From an uncultured Gemmatimonadales bacterium (GTDB lineage Bacteria > Gemmatimonadota > Gemmatimonadetes > Longimicrobiales > RSA9), in the NCBI GenBank assembly GCA_963783305.1, contig CAWAMW010000002.1:800001-864000 (forward strand): a stretch of 64,000 bases of DNA. Direction: 5' to 3'. Positions 31,236 to 41,120 of this stretch are shown piece by piece. Position numbers and translations under genes: made by a program. The number at the start of each line of letters is the position of its first letter. The first letter of the stretch is position 1. Below the pieces are notes generated by a model. It did no database searches, was not told where the DNA came from, and saw nothing but the letters and a program-made list of their open reading frames with translations.

Positions 31236-32404
31236 GTGAGGAAGTGGCGGGCCATGAGGAGCAGCGTGTGGTGCGCGGCCTCGATCTCCTCCACCGACAC
31301 GGACTCGTCCGCCGTATGTGCATCCTCGATGCTCCCGGGCCCGAAACAGAGCGCGGGGATCCCGGCGGCGTTGTACATCGAGGCCTCGACCCAGGCAGAC
31401 ATCCCGCGGATCCGTGGCTCGACGCCCGCTTCTTCCACGGCCTCGGACAGGGCGACCACCAGGGGATGGTCGGACGGGATCTCGCTGCCGCTCCGGTGCA
31501 GGGTCACCTCCAGACCGGCATCCAGGGAGGGCACGTCGGAGCGGAGCTGTGCGATCAGAAACTCCACGTCCGACAGGAGCCCGGCCACGGCTTCGCCCGG
31601 CAGCGTGCGGCGCTCGAGGGTGAGACGGCAGCGGGACGGGTACACCGAGGGCGCGGTGCCCCCGTGGATGGTGCCGGCGTGGATGGACCCGAACCCCAGG
31701 AGCGGGTGACGTTTCCTCTGCTGGAGCCGTGCCTCGAGCTCGTCGAGGCGGGCCAGGAACAGGCCTGCATGCCGAATGGCATCAACTCCCCGATCGGGGC
31801 GGGAGCCGTGGGCGGCCTGGCCGTGAAAGTCGATCTGGATCCACGCAAACCCCTTGTGGGCCGGCATGATGGCCAGGCTGGTGGGCTCGCACACGATGGC
31901 GGCATCGGCAGAGAGCCCCTCCGCGACTAGGCGGCGGCAGCCACCGGCAGCCTCCTCCTCGTCCGCGGTCAGCGCGACCATGATCGTGCCGCGGAACTCC
32001 CCCGCCGCCAGGTCGCGTGCGGCGGCCAGCGCGGCCGCCAGGCCACCTTTCATGTCCGCGGACCCGCGGCCCCACAACCTCCCATCGCGCACCACCGGAT
32101 CGTACGGCTCGATCCCCATGTCCTCGACACCCACGGTGTCGAGGTGCCCCGCCAGAAGGAGCGAGCGGCCGGGACCGCGCTCGAGCCGAGCGAGCACGCT
32201 CGGCCGATCGGGCTCGAACTCCAGCAGCTCGACGTCGAATCCCCACTCCTCGAGCCAGCCAGCCGCCAGCCGCGCGATCCGAGACTCCCCCGGTGCGGTA
32301 GCGGTCAGCGCGGGGTTCACCGAAGGCATCGCGATGAGCGCGCGAGCAAGACCCAGCGCGCCCTGCTGTACGCCCCCGGACTCCGGCTTCACATCATCCG
32401 GCAT
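31232..32404 (-). CDS. M20-family deacylase (ArgE/DapE-like)
   Basis: GHLDTV, GRGSADMKGG, DEE, CEPT, AAHGS and AHTADE. Confidence 0.9.
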   Translation of the reverse strand: MPDDVKPESGGVQQGALGLARALIAMPSVNPALTATAPGESRIARLAAGWLEEWGFDVELLEFEPDRPSVLARLERGPGRSLLLAGHLDTVGVEDMGIEPYDPVVRDGRLWGRGSADMKGGLAAALAAARDLAAGEFRGTIMVALTADEEEAAGGCRRLVAEGLSADAAIVCEPTSLAIMPAHKGFAWIQIDFHGQAAHGSRPDRGVDAIRHAGLFLARLDELEARLQQRKRHPLLGFGSIHAGTIHGGTAPSVYPSRCRLTLERRTLPGEAVAGLLSDVEFLIAQLRSDVPSLDAGLEVTLHRSGSEIPSDHPLVVALSEAVEEAGVEPRIRGMSAWVEASMYNAAGIPALCFGPGSIEDAHTADESVSVEEIEAAHHTLLLMARHFLT

Positions 32405-32481
32405 GGCATGCTCCTCTCCCGAGCACTATTCTTGACTTTCACCTTGCCGCCCCGCTCGAGCCGGGAGGAACTATTCGCACC

Positions 32482-32634
32482 TTGAGTGTCAGTCTGGTCG
32501 CAATGACCGCCATCTTCCTCAGCGTGTTCCTGGCCAGACATCGCCAGCCGCACAGCGCCGCGTCCGAAGTCCCCGACGAAGGGGTGGACCGGGCGGAGCT
32601 TTCGCTGGAGGAACTGAGGCGGGCAGGCTTCTAG
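32482..32634 (+). CDS. Possible 50-aa small membrane protein
   Basis: Manual translation (L)SVSLVAMTAIFLSVFLARHRQ...LSLEELRRAGF* fills an otherwise empty gap; the start codon is weak. Confidence 0.35.
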   Translation: MSVSLVAMTAIFLSVFLARHRQPHSAASEVPDEGVDRAELSLEELRRAGF

Positions 32635-32641
32635 AGCCGGT

Positions 32642-33127
32642 TCAGCCGGAATCGTCATCGGAGGAGTGGTCGTGGACGATGGTCCAGCCGTCGCCCGACC
32701 TCCGCAACACCAGCGAGAAGAGGCCGCTGGCGTTGGTCGCTCCCGTCTCGCGGTCGAAGAGCTCGTATCGACCCACGGCGACGGCCGCGTCGCTTCCTGT
32801 GGTGCGGACATCGAGCAGGCGGAAGCGGAGACCGTCGGCGGGCATTCCCGTGCTCCAGTATCCGCGAACGTACCCCTCCCGAATCCGTTCCCTGCCCTGC
32901 ACCAGCCCTGAAGCGCCGACGAACGTAGCATCCTCGGCGTAATCATCGAGGAAGCCATCCAGGTTCCCGCGCGTCCAGTCGGCCGCGGAGCCATGGAGCA
33001 TGGCCTCGATCTCGGTGGCGGCTGATCGGGGGGAGGGCGCGGCCGCCGCCGATGGGCCGCAGGCGGGGAGCAGGAGGGAAGCGGCGACGAGCGCCGCTCT
33101 AATCGAAGTGCTCGGCGTTCTTCTCAA
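32642..33127 (-). CDS. NTF2/SnoaL-like (DUF4440) lipoprotein
   Basis: Lipobox LPAC; W..GNLDGFL..Y and WTIVHDHSS motifs. Confidence 0.8.
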   Translation of the reverse strand: MRRTPSTSIRAALVAASLLLPACGPSAAAAPSPRSAATEIEAMLHGSAADWTRGNLDGFLDDYAEDATFVGASGLVQGRERIREGYVRGYWSTGMPADGLRFRLLDVRTTGSDAAVAVGRYELFDRETGATNASGLFSLVLRRSGDGWTIVHDHSSDDDSG

Positions 33128-33332
33128 TATAGCTGGTCCACTCCGGGGGCACGTCTGTGTCGGGGAAGATGGCGGTCACCGGGCATTCCGGTTCACAGGC
33201 GCCGCAGTCGATGCACTCGTCCGGGTGGATATAGTACTGATCGTCCCCTTCGTAGATGCAGTCCACCGGACAGACCTCGACGCAACTCGCGTCCTTGGTG
33301 TCGATGCACGGTTCCGTAATCACATATGGCAT
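33099..33332 (-). CDS. fdxA: Dicluster (7Fe/8Fe) ferredoxin
   Basis: MPYVITEPC...[10 protein letters not shown]...[12 protein letters not shown]. Confidence 0.93.
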   Translation of the reverse strand: MPYVITEPCIDTKDASCVEVCPVDCIYEGDDQYYIHPDECIDCGACEPECPVTAIFPDTDVPPEWTSYIEKNAEHFD

Positions 33333-33413
33333 TCAGCAGTCCTCCGACATTCATGCGTAGAGTGGGGAGCGAAATACTGCAAGAGCCGTCCCCCGCGTGC
33401 AAGCCCCCCTGCC

Positions 33414-34007
33414 TCAACGCTCCAGGAACCTGCGCTGGAAGATCGAGCACCACCATCCGAGTCGATCGCCGAGCCGGGTATCGGCGCGCGCGGCGACCGG
33501 GGCGTAGGCGGAGCAGGTGAGGGCGTGATAGTCCTCCCACTCCTCACGCGGTCGGAGGTGCAGGTGGCGGGCGTGATCGAGGCGCTCCGCGGAGACGACC
33601 ATGGCGTCGGCCGTGGTCAGCGCGAGCAGCGCCTCGAGCAGCCTGTCTCCTGCCACTCCGGGAAGCGGCATACGGGCCAGCGCGCGCGCGGCGTGCCCAC
33701 TGACCCGCTCGAGCGTACCCGGCGGTGTCGCCAGCGACGGGTCGCGGCTCTCCAGGAAGAGGGCCGTGATGAGCGTCGGAGCGTCCGCCACACGGCAGTC
33801 GTCCATGAGGATCAACGCCGTGCGCGCGTGGTGGAGGTAGTCGGGATGATGGTCATCGGAAATCCGCGCCCGCCGCGGCTCCATGGCGGTCCGGAAGGCC
33901 CGGTCGATGGCGGCTCGTTCAGCGGCGGGGATCCCCAACCGGCGGGCGGTGCGTTCGATGCGCCGTCCCATGGCCTCTGCCCGGTCTGCGCCGCGGGGCT
34001 CGGTCAA
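33414..34007 (-). CDS. Degenerate RelA/SpoT-type HD (SAH/Mesh1-like) protein
   Basis: YLHH..TALIL, D..TLITALFLES (HD position), AERLDHARHL and YAPVAAR resemble RSH hydrolase blocks. Confidence 0.55.
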   Translation of the reverse strand: MTEPRGADRAEAMGRRIERTARRLGIPAAERAAIDRAFRTAMEPRRARISDDHHPDYLHHARTALILMDDCRVADAPTLITALFLESRDPSLATPPGTLERVSGHAARALARMPLPGVAGDRLLEALLALTTADAMVVSAERLDHARHLHLRPREEWEDYHALTCSAYAPVAARADTRLGDRLGWWCSIFQRRFLER

Positions 34008-34053
34008 GGCGGTCCCTGCGCCCGGTGTGGTGGCGTCCGTCCGTCCGATGGGG

Positions 34054-34608
34054 TCACGGACGCCAGGGCGTCTCCGGTACGTCCGCGCGGCGGTTCACGA
34101 GCCGGGCCAGGTCGAAGAGCAGGTCGGAGAGCCGGTTCAGGTATACGAGGATCGCGCCGTCGATCGCTGTTTCGGCAGCGAGCTCGACCACATGGCGCTC
34201 GGCGCGGCGGCAGACAGTGCGCGCGAGGTGCAGGGCGGCGCCGGCCTGGGAGCCGCCAGGCAGGATGAAGGAGCGGAGCGGCTCCAGCTCCTCCTCGGCT
34301 TCGTCGATCCATTGCTCGAACGCGGCGGCGCGGTCGTCCGGAAGTGGCGGGATGTGCTGGCGCGAGGCGGCGTTCATCGGCGTGGCCAGGTGGGCGCCCA
34401 GGGTGAACAGGTCGCCCTGCACGATGGTGAGCCGGTGCCGCACCTCTGTCTCCGACTCCGGCAGGCGGGCGATAGCCCAGCCGAGCGCGGCATTGAGCTC
34501 GTCCACCTCGCCGTAGGCGCGGACCCGCAGGTGCGACTTGCGGACTCTCCCTCCGCCGAACAGTCCCGTTTCTCCCTCATCTCCAGTGCGGGTGTAAATG
34601 CGGTTCAC
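34054..34608 (-). CDS. PduO-type cob(I)alamin adenosyltransferase
   Basis: IYTRTGDEGET, AYGEVDELNA, FILPGG, RTVCRRAER and YLNRLSDLLF. The GTG start overlaps the upstream stop. Confidence 0.93.
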   Translation of the reverse strand: MNRIYTRTGDEGETGLFGGGRVRKSHLRVRAYGEVDELNAALGWAIARLPESETEVRHRLTIVQGDLFTLGAHLATPMNAASRQHIPPLPDDRAAAFEQWIDEAEEELEPLRSFILPGGSQAGAALHLARTVCRRAERHVVELAAETAIDGAILVYLNRLSDLLFDLARLVNRRADVPETPWRP

Positions 34609-35528
34609 AGGGTACCGTCGCGTGTTGCGGGTCGGAGGATCTCGAGAGACGCCGCGCTGGCGTCCAGGCGCGCGGTCACGCCCACGGGCAGCGTCCAGTT
34701 CTCCCGCTCGTGCCCGAACGGGAGGCCGGCGAGGACCGGTACGCCCAGGGGCTCCAGCAGCTCGGCGATCACGTCCAGTACGGGCGGCTCGTCGTCGGGG
34801 AGTGGGTCGGGCGGCGAGAAGTCGCCCAGTGCCACGCCCGCGAGGTCGTCGAGCAGACCGGCCAGCCGGAGCTGCATCAGCATGCGGTCGATCCGGTAGG
34901 CCGGCTCTCCCACGTCTTCGAGGAACAGCAGGGCGCCCCGGGTGTCCGGCTGATAGCGCGTGCCGCATACGGCGGCCATGATCGCCAGGTTGCCGCCCAC
35001 GAGGGGCCCTTCGGCCACACCGGGGCTCAGCGTGACGGGCGCGCAGCCGTCGGGAAGCGGCAGCACGCCAGCAGGTCCGCTTCCCATGAGGAGGGAGCGG
35101 AATACCCGGTCGGTGGTGGCCGTGAAGTCGCGGTAACCGGAGTGGGGCCCGTGAAAGGAGACGAGCCCCAGTCGCAGCAGCTCCAGGTGAATCACGGTAT
35201 TGTCGCTGAACCCGATGAACGCGCGTGGCCGATCGAGCAGGGCTTCCAGATCGACATGCTCCAGCGTCCGCATGGTGCCGTAGCCGCCCCGGAGCGCCCA
35301 GATGGCGGCGGCGTCCGATCGGATGGCCGCCACGATATCCGCCGCACGCTCCTCATCGCGGCCCGCGAGGTAGCGGGTGCGGGCGCGGATGGCGGACCCC
35401 GGCATCGGCTCGAAGCCGAAGTCGTGGCAGCGGCGCAGCGCCGTCTCGATCGTTGCTTCCGTCACGGGTCCCGCGGGCGCGATGAGCGCGATGCGGTCGC
35501 CGGGCTTCAGCGTTGGCGGGAGGATCAC
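34605..35528 (-). CDS. ldcA: LD-carboxypeptidase (S66 family)
   Basis: RGGYG, GFSDNT (catalytic Ser), GGNL, FLEDVGE and PFGH. Confidence 0.88.
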   Translation of the reverse strand: MILPPTLKPGDRIALIAPAGPVTEATIETALRRCHDFGFEPMPGSAIRARTRYLAGRDEERAADIVAAIRSDAAAIWALRGGYGTMRTLEHVDLEALLDRPRAFIGFSDNTVIHLELLRLGLVSFHGPHSGYRDFTATTDRVFRSLLMGSGPAGVLPLPDGCAPVTLSPGVAEGPLVGGNLAIMAAVCGTRYQPDTRGALLFLEDVGEPAYRIDRMLMQLRLAGLLDDLAGVALGDFSPPDPLPDDEPPVLDVIAELLEPLGVPVLAGLPFGHERENWTLPVGVTARLDASAASLEILRPATRDGTL

Positions 35529-35575
35529 GCCGCGAAGGTTGGCACGGCTCTGCTCGCGACGCCAGTCCGCACGGC

Positions 35576-37801
35576 TCAGAAGATGGCGTCCAGGTAGAGG
35601 TGGAGGCGCCACCGCTCGAATGGCTCCAGGGTGCGGGCCAGGTCCACCCGCACCAGTCCGTCGAGGAAGCTCGCGCCGATGCCGGTGGACACCGCTACGT
35701 CCTCGCGGCTCCATTGATCGAACTGTCCGGCCCACCCCGCATCAGAAAAGAGCGCCACGCGCGCCACAGGCAGCCGGGTGGCCAGCTCCGCCCGTGCCCT
35801 CACGTGGTCCCGGCCGTGGATCTCCCCGCCGGAGAACCCCCGCAGGGTGGTGGGACCTCCCAGGAACCAGTGCGACTGGACGGGTACGCCGGTGGCGCCG
35901 GTATCCGCGCTCACCGTGGTGCCAGCGCCTACCTCGATGCCGCCCATGAGGTCGGCTGGAAGGGGCGCAACCACGTGGAGCACCGCGCCGGGACGAAGGA
36001 AGGAGAAGGAGCCGGTCTCACCCGTCAGGTCGAGCGATGCGCCCCAGCGCCACGCCGTGGGGTCGAGACCGCGGGCCAGACCTACCCGGGCCGCTACGCC
36101 CAGCTGGTTGGCGGCCTGGGCCACGATGTTTTCGCGGAACTCGCGGGCGCCGCTTACCCGTGCCAGGCTGAAGTCCGCCTCACGGTCGACCGGGCGCTGC
36201 CGCTCCGCGTACACCCTCACGTCGTATCGGGCACTCCCGGGCTCCGGGTCCACTCTCAGCTCCACGCCGCTGGTCTGGAAGTACTGCCCCTCGTCGTGTC
36301 CGAGGACGAGTGCCGACAGGGAGTTACCCAGGGCGAACGGACGCACCGATGGGTCGACGGCCGCCAGGCGGTGGTATGCGGCCGTTCGCCACGTGCGACC
36401 CAGGCGCGGCACCTCCACGCCCAACTCCGCCCTCGGCTCCAGGTCCGCCGCTCCGAGGCGCGCGGTCAGATCCAGCCGCGCCCGGCCCAGATCCCAGTCC
36501 GCGCGAACGCCCGTGGAGAGCCCCTCCACGCGGTTGTAGCGCACCAGCTCGCGCCCGAGCGTCCAGGGTGGGGTGATCCGGGGGCGGCCCACCCGCCACG
36601 GGACCGCCGGCAGCGACCCGAGTTGATCGCCGAGCTCCCGCAGCTCCGCCTCCGACATGAGCACCTCGCCGGCGGAGTAAATGGACGGCGGGAGGCGCGG
36701 GCTGTCGAGGAGCGACGCGGTGTCGTCCGGAACGATGACCCGAACGCCGTGCTCGTATGGGCGCGGCTTGCTGTGCGGGTCACCGGCGAGCTGCCGGATC
36801 ACGGGAGGGAGCTCCGAAAGCCCGTACCGGTCGGCCGCCACGGTATAGTCCGAATAGAGGAGCTCGATATTGATCGGCATGCGTACGGGCCCGAGCTGGA
36901 CCCAGCCGTCGAACGCCATGAGGCGCGGCATCCACCACCGCATCTCCCAGAAACCGTACTCGACCGTGATATAGCGGACATCGAACCGGATCGGCTTGAG
37001 GAAGCCGGGGATATCGTCCAGGTCTTCGGCGTCCTCCGGTGCGATCTCCGGCAGGTCCCGCTCCAGGTCGAACTCCCGGGCGGGACGAAACACAGCGCGC
37101 ACAACGGCGTGGTTCTCGAGCTCGATCCAGAGCGACCCGGTGACCAGCCGAACGTGTCGCTCGCGCGGGGTGACCCGCAGCTCCACGAGTCGAAGCTCCC
37201 GGCCGTCGGGAAGCCGGATGGCCGTCGTATCACCGATCGCGTAGCGGTACGCCGCCTCGCCCCCCTCCACGAGCGGGTGCCAGGCGAAGCCGCCGCCCAC
37301 CGGGTTCACCCACAGCCGATCATCGCCGGGGCGCGGGAGGAACTCCTCGGCCCACGAGCTCAGGTCATCCGGGACCCTCACGCCGGAGAATGCCACGGGC
37401 ACCACCTCGCGGGCCCCCTGAACGGTCACCACGCTCGCCCGGTCTCGCCACCACTCCACGTGGCTCGCGGACTCCCGGCGGTAGAGGACACGGTCTCGCC
37501 GGAGCGCCTGCACGCCGACCGAGAAGCGCTGCCGGGTGTTGGCCGTGTAGTGGAAGACGGAGGCGTCGATGACTCCCCGCTGGCCGCGGGCCAGACGAAC
37601 GAGCTCCCTCGTCTCCGGATCGGCGAACGCCGTGGCCATGTCCGAGGAGTCGGGCTGCAGCGTGACCGTGTCCGCCCCTGCCCCGTCGGTGTCGATGCCC
37701 CGCCCGACGGACACACGAACGTCCTGAGCGGCCACGGCCGCGGGAGCAGCGGCGGCGAGAAGGATCGCGCTCAGAACGGCCTTCGGAATCGGGAGGTGCA
37801 T
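35576..37801 (-). CDS. Outer-membrane protein with Omp85/TamA-like C-terminal barrel
   Basis: Signal peptide; RYNRVEGL; FLGG..TLRGF; LFSDAGWAG; ends in an amphipathic strand with terminal Phe. Confidence 0.7.
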   Translation of the reverse strand: MHLPIPKAVLSAILLAAAAPAAVAAQDVRVSVGRGIDTDGAGADTVTLQPDSSDMATAFADPETRELVRLARGQRGVIDASVFHYTANTRQRFSVGVQALRRDRVLYRRESASHVEWWRDRASVVTVQGAREVVPVAFSGVRVPDDLSSWAEEFLPRPGDDRLWVNPVGGGFAWHPLVEGGEAAYRYAIGDTTAIRLPDGRELRLVELRVTPRERHVRLVTGSLWIELENHAVVRAVFRPAREFDLERDLPEIAPEDAEDLDDIPGFLKPIRFDVRYITVEYGFWEMRWWMPRLMAFDGWVQLGPVRMPINIELLYSDYTVAADRYGLSELPPVIRQLAGDPHSKPRPYEHGVRVIVPDDTASLLDSPRLPPSIYSAGEVLMSEAELRELGDQLGSLPAVPWRVGRPRITPPWTLGRELVRYNRVEGLSTGVRADWDLGRARLDLTARLGAADLEPRAELGVEVPRLGRTWRTAAYHRLAAVDPSVRPFALGNSLSALVLGHDEGQYFQTSGVELRVDPEPGSARYDVRVYAERQRPVDREADFSLARVSGAREFRENIVAQAANQLGVAARVGLARGLDPTAWRWGASLDLTGETGSFSFLRPGAVLHVVAPLPADLMGGIEVGAGTTVSADTGATGVPVQSHWFLGGPTTLRGFSGGEIHGRDHVRARAELATRLPVARVALFSDAGWAGQFDQWSREDVAVSTGIGASFLDGLVRVDLARTLEPFERWRLHLYLDAIF

Positions 37802-37934
37802 CGGTCGCCGTGGGTGACGGTTCATCCGGTCTGCACATACGGCGCGGAGCGCCCCCCGGTTTCGTCGAGGATGCTGGTCTCCGTCTTGCCGCGAATCTAT
37901 CTTGCGAAGATCACATCCACCGTTGGGAAGTGCC

Positions 37935-38336
37935 ATGGACGAGCGGGCGACGCGAGAGGAACTCAACCGGCGGTACTGGGAGTCTGACGAGTCGGTCTCC
38001 GGGATCGCCGATTCCCTGGACGTCTCCCGCCGCGCGCTGTACGACGCCATCGATCCACAGCCGGCTGACGCGGCGTGTCCCGCGTGTGGCGGGGCGCTGG
38101 GGTTCCGGAACCGGACCAGCGCCGAAAACCGGGAAGCGGAGTGCCAGGAGTGTGGGAACGAAGTCCGGCTCGACCGCGACCGGGGTGACGCAGAGCCCGT
38201 CGAGCAGGAGCGCGTGGTGGGATCGCTATCTCCCGTGCCGAGATCGACGCCCGGCAGCGGACCTGCGGCGGGTGTCATGCTGCTGCTGGGAATGGCTTTG
38301 GGCGCGGGCGCCGCGTACTTCTTCCGCCGCGCGTGA
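37935..38336 (+). CDS. Small HTH + zinc-ribbon protein with C-terminal TM anchor
   Basis: SVSGIADSLDVSRRALY, CPAC...CQEC and a C-terminal hydrophobic helix. Confidence 0.7.
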   Translation: MDERATREELNRRYWESDESVSGIADSLDVSRRALYDAIDPQPADAACPACGGALGFRNRTSAENREAECQECGNEVRLDRDRGDAEPVEQERVVGSLSPVPRSTPGSGPAAGVMLLLGMALGAGAAYFFRRA

Positions 38337-38381
38337 TCGGCCGGGACGCGGCTCGTACGTGATCTCCGATCCGGGCGCCTC

Positions 38382-39701
38382 TTGACCGGAGAGGACCTTC
38401 CGCGCCTCCGGACGCCGATCCCGGGCCCGGGCTCCCGCCGACTGGGTGAGCGGCTGGCGCGAGTGGAGAGCCGGAACGTCACCCTCATCGACGAGCGAGG
38501 GCCCATCTTCTGGGAGAGCGCCTCGGGCGCCAACGTGCTGGACGTGGACGGCAACCTGTACGTGGACCTCACCGCCGGGTTCGGCGTAGCGGCGGCCGGG
38601 CACACGAACCCCGCGATCGCGGTGGCGGTGGCGGAGCAGGCGGCCCGACTGGTCCACGCCATGGGGGACGTGCACCCGGCGGAGGTGAAGGTGGCGCTCC
38701 TGGAGCGGCTGGCGGAGATCGCGCCCGGAGACCTCGGCGTGAGCATCCTGGGCGCCAATGGTGGCGATGCCGTGGAGGCCGCCCTCAAGACCGCGGTGAT
38801 GGCCACCGGCCGTCCCGGGGTGGTGGCCTTCGAGCACGGGTATCACGGCTTGGGGTACGGCGCACTGGGGGTCACCGGACTCCAGCGATTCCGGGCGCCG
38901 TTCGCCAGGCAGCTCTACCGGGGAGTCCGCTTCGCGCCCTTCCCCGTGGAGTCGGAGCCCGGCTCCGCGGAGCGGGCGCTCGATGCGGTGCGGCGAAGAA
39001 TCCTGGAATCGCCGTCCACCGACGAGCCGGTGGGCGCGGTGATCGTCGAGCCGATCCAGGGGAGAGCGGGGATCCGGGTGCCGCCAGCAGGATTCCTGGG
39101 CGCGCTTCGGGATCTGTGCACGGAGCTCGGAGTGATCCTGATCCTGGACGAGATCTATACGGGCCTCGGCCGGACCGGGCGCTGGTTCGCCTGCCAGTAC
39201 GAGGACGTGGTCCCCGACCTCCTGGTCATCGGCAAGTCTCTCGGCGGTGGGCTGCCGTTGAGCGCCGTGCTGGGCTCGCGGGAGGTGATGGACGGATGGC
39301 CGGGCTCGGAGGGTGAGGCCATCCACACCAGCACGTTCCTCGGGAACCCCGTCGCGTGCGCGGCCGCCCTGGCGCAGCTGCGGGTGATCGAGGAGCGGGG
39401 GCTGGTTCAGCGAGCCGAGCGCCTGGGCGGTCGCGTCGCGGATCGCCTGAACGCGTGGGTCGGGAGCCGGCCCTGGGCCGCCGCCCACCGGGGCCGGGGA
39501 CTGATGCGCGCGCTGGCGCTTGCCGGGCCGGAACCGGAGCAGCACGCGGCGGCCGCCGCCAGCGCGGCTCTGCGTCGTGGCGTAATCGTGCTCCCCGAGG
39601 GGGATGCGCTGGCACTCACGCCACCGCTCGTCATCACGGAGCGGCAGCTGGACCATTCGCTGGACGTGCTGGAGGAGGCGCTCAACGAGACCGGCGGTTA
39701 G
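38382..39701 (+). CDS. Class III PLP aminotransferase (GabT-like)
   Basis: DVDGNLYVD, GYHG, VEPIQG, DEIYTGLGRTG, GKSLGGG and STFLGNP. Confidence 0.9.
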   Translation: MTGEDLPRLRTPIPGPGSRRLGERLARVESRNVTLIDERGPIFWESASGANVLDVDGNLYVDLTAGFGVAAAGHTNPAIAVAVAEQAARLVHAMGDVHPAEVKVALLERLAEIAPGDLGVSILGANGGDAVEAALKTAVMATGRPGVVAFEHGYHGLGYGALGVTGLQRFRAPFARQLYRGVRFAPFPVESEPGSAERALDAVRRRILESPSTDEPVGAVIVEPIQGRAGIRVPPAGFLGALRDLCTELGVILILDEIYTGLGRTGRWFACQYEDVVPDLLVIGKSLGGGLPLSAVLGSREVMDGWPGSEGEAIHTSTFLGNPVACAAALAQLRVIEERGLVQRAERLGGRVADRLNAWVGSRPWAAAHRGRGLMRALALAGPEPEQHAAAAASAALRRGVIVLPEGDALALTPPLVITERQLDHSLDVLEEALNETGG

Positions 39702-39710
39702 CCCGGTCGT

Positions 39711-39989
39711 TCAATGCACGGCGTCGATGGTGCGGGCCAGATCGAAGTCCCGGCCGGTGAGACCGCCCTCGCTGTGGGTCGAAAGGGAGCAGGCCACACG
39801 ATCGAAGCGGATGTCGATGTCCGGGTGGTGGTCGGCCTTCTGTGCGACCTCCGCGATCCGATTGACGAAAGCGATCGCCTCGGGGAAGGTGTCGAGCGTA
39901 TACGTCTTTCGGATCACGTCCCCTTCACGGGTCCAGCCGCGGAGCTCATCCAGTCGTGTGCGGATCTCCTGGTCATCGAGCAATCTCAT
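39711..39989 (-). CDS. phhB: Pterin-4-alpha-carbinolamine dehydratase
   Basis: DHHPDI...LSTHSEGGLT..DFDLA. Confidence 0.9.
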   Translation of the reverse strand: MRLLDDQEIRTRLDELRGWTREGDVIRKTYTLDTFPEAIAFVNRIAEVAQKADHHPDIDIRFDRVACSLSTHSEGGLTGRDFDLARTIDAVH

Positions 39990-40121
39990 GCTGCCTCCGG
40001 ATAGGGACCTGCGGGGAACGGCTGCGTTCACGGCCCGCGAAGAGAGCAAGTCCGGAGCCGCGACCTCCAGGCGCTCCGGAACATTGCCTTTTCTCGGCGG
40101 CCCGACCACCTTACCCCACCC

Positions 40122-41093
40122 GTGACGGATTTGCTAATCACCGGCGCGACCGGCTTCGTCGGATCGCATCTCGTCGAAGCGCTGGCTCGTGGTGGTACCC
40201 GGGCCCGAGCGCTGGTGCGCCCGAGCAGTGACACCTCGCTGCTCGAGCGGCACGACATCACGCCGGTCATTGGCAGCCTCCAGGACGTAGACTCCCTCCG
40301 CCGTGCGCTGGGGGATGCCTCCGTCGTGGTTCACCTGGCGGCGGCGACCCGCGCCCTCACGGAGGCGGATTTCCATCGCGTGAACGCGCGCGGCACCGAG
40401 CGGCTGCTGGACGCGATGGAAGCGGATGGTGGGCGGCGGCGGATGGTGTACCTCAGCTCCCTGGCCGCGGTGGGCCCGACGCGGGGCCGCCCGGTGCGGC
40501 CGGACGATGACCCGCACCCGCTGACGCCGTACGGTAGGAGCAAGCTCGAGGGCGAGCGTGCGGCGCTCTCCCGGGAGGGCATGGACGTGGCGGTGCTGCG
40601 TCCGCCGGCGGTGTACGGCCCGCGGGACCGTGACCTGTTCACCTTCTTCAGGATGGCGCGATGGCATGTGCTGCCGACGGCGGGTCCTTCCGACCGGCCA
40701 ATGCAGCTCGTGTATGCGCCCGACCTGGCGGACGCGATCACGGCCGCGGCGGAACCCGGCGCGGCGACGGGGGTGTTCCACGTGGCCGAGCCGAGGGAGT
40801 ACCCGTGGTCGGAAGTGATCCGGCTGGTGGGCGCGGCCGTGGATCGCCGGACGGTGGTGGTGCGGGTGCCGGACGTGCTGGTGAAGGCGGCCGCGACGCT
40901 CACCGAGGCGCTGGCGCGGCGGGCGGGCAGAGCGGTTATCTTCGACCGCGCCAAGGCCCGGGAGCTACTCGCGCCCGGATGGACCTGTGAAACGGAATCT
41001 GCGCGGCTCGGACTCGGGTTCGAAGCGCCGACACCACTGGCGGAAGGTCTGGAGAAAACCGCACGGTGGTACAGGGCGAATGGCTGGCTTTGA
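40122..41093 (+). CDS. NAD-dependent epimerase/reductase (candidate ceramide reductase, CerR-like)
   Basis: TGATGFVG, YLSS, YGRSK (YxxxK) and RPPAVYGP; first gene of the spt operon. The CerR role is inferred from context. Confidence 0.8.
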   Translation: MTDLLITGATGFVGSHLVEALARGGTRARALVRPSSDTSLLERHDITPVIGSLQDVDSLRRALGDASVVVHLAAATRALTEADFHRVNARGTERLLDAMEADGGRRRMVYLSSLAAVGPTRGRPVRPDDDPHPLTPYGRSKLEGERAALSREGMDVAVLRPPAVYGPRDRDLFTFFRMARWHVLPTAGPSDRPMQLVYAPDLADAITAAAEPGAATGVFHVAEPREYPWSEVIRLVGAAVDRRTVVVRVPDVLVKAAATLTEALARRAGRAVIFDRAKARELLAPGWTCETESARLGLGFEAPTPLAEGLEKTARWYRANGWL

Positions 41094-41120
41094 GTCGTTG
41101 GAGCGATAGCTGGGGGGTCG

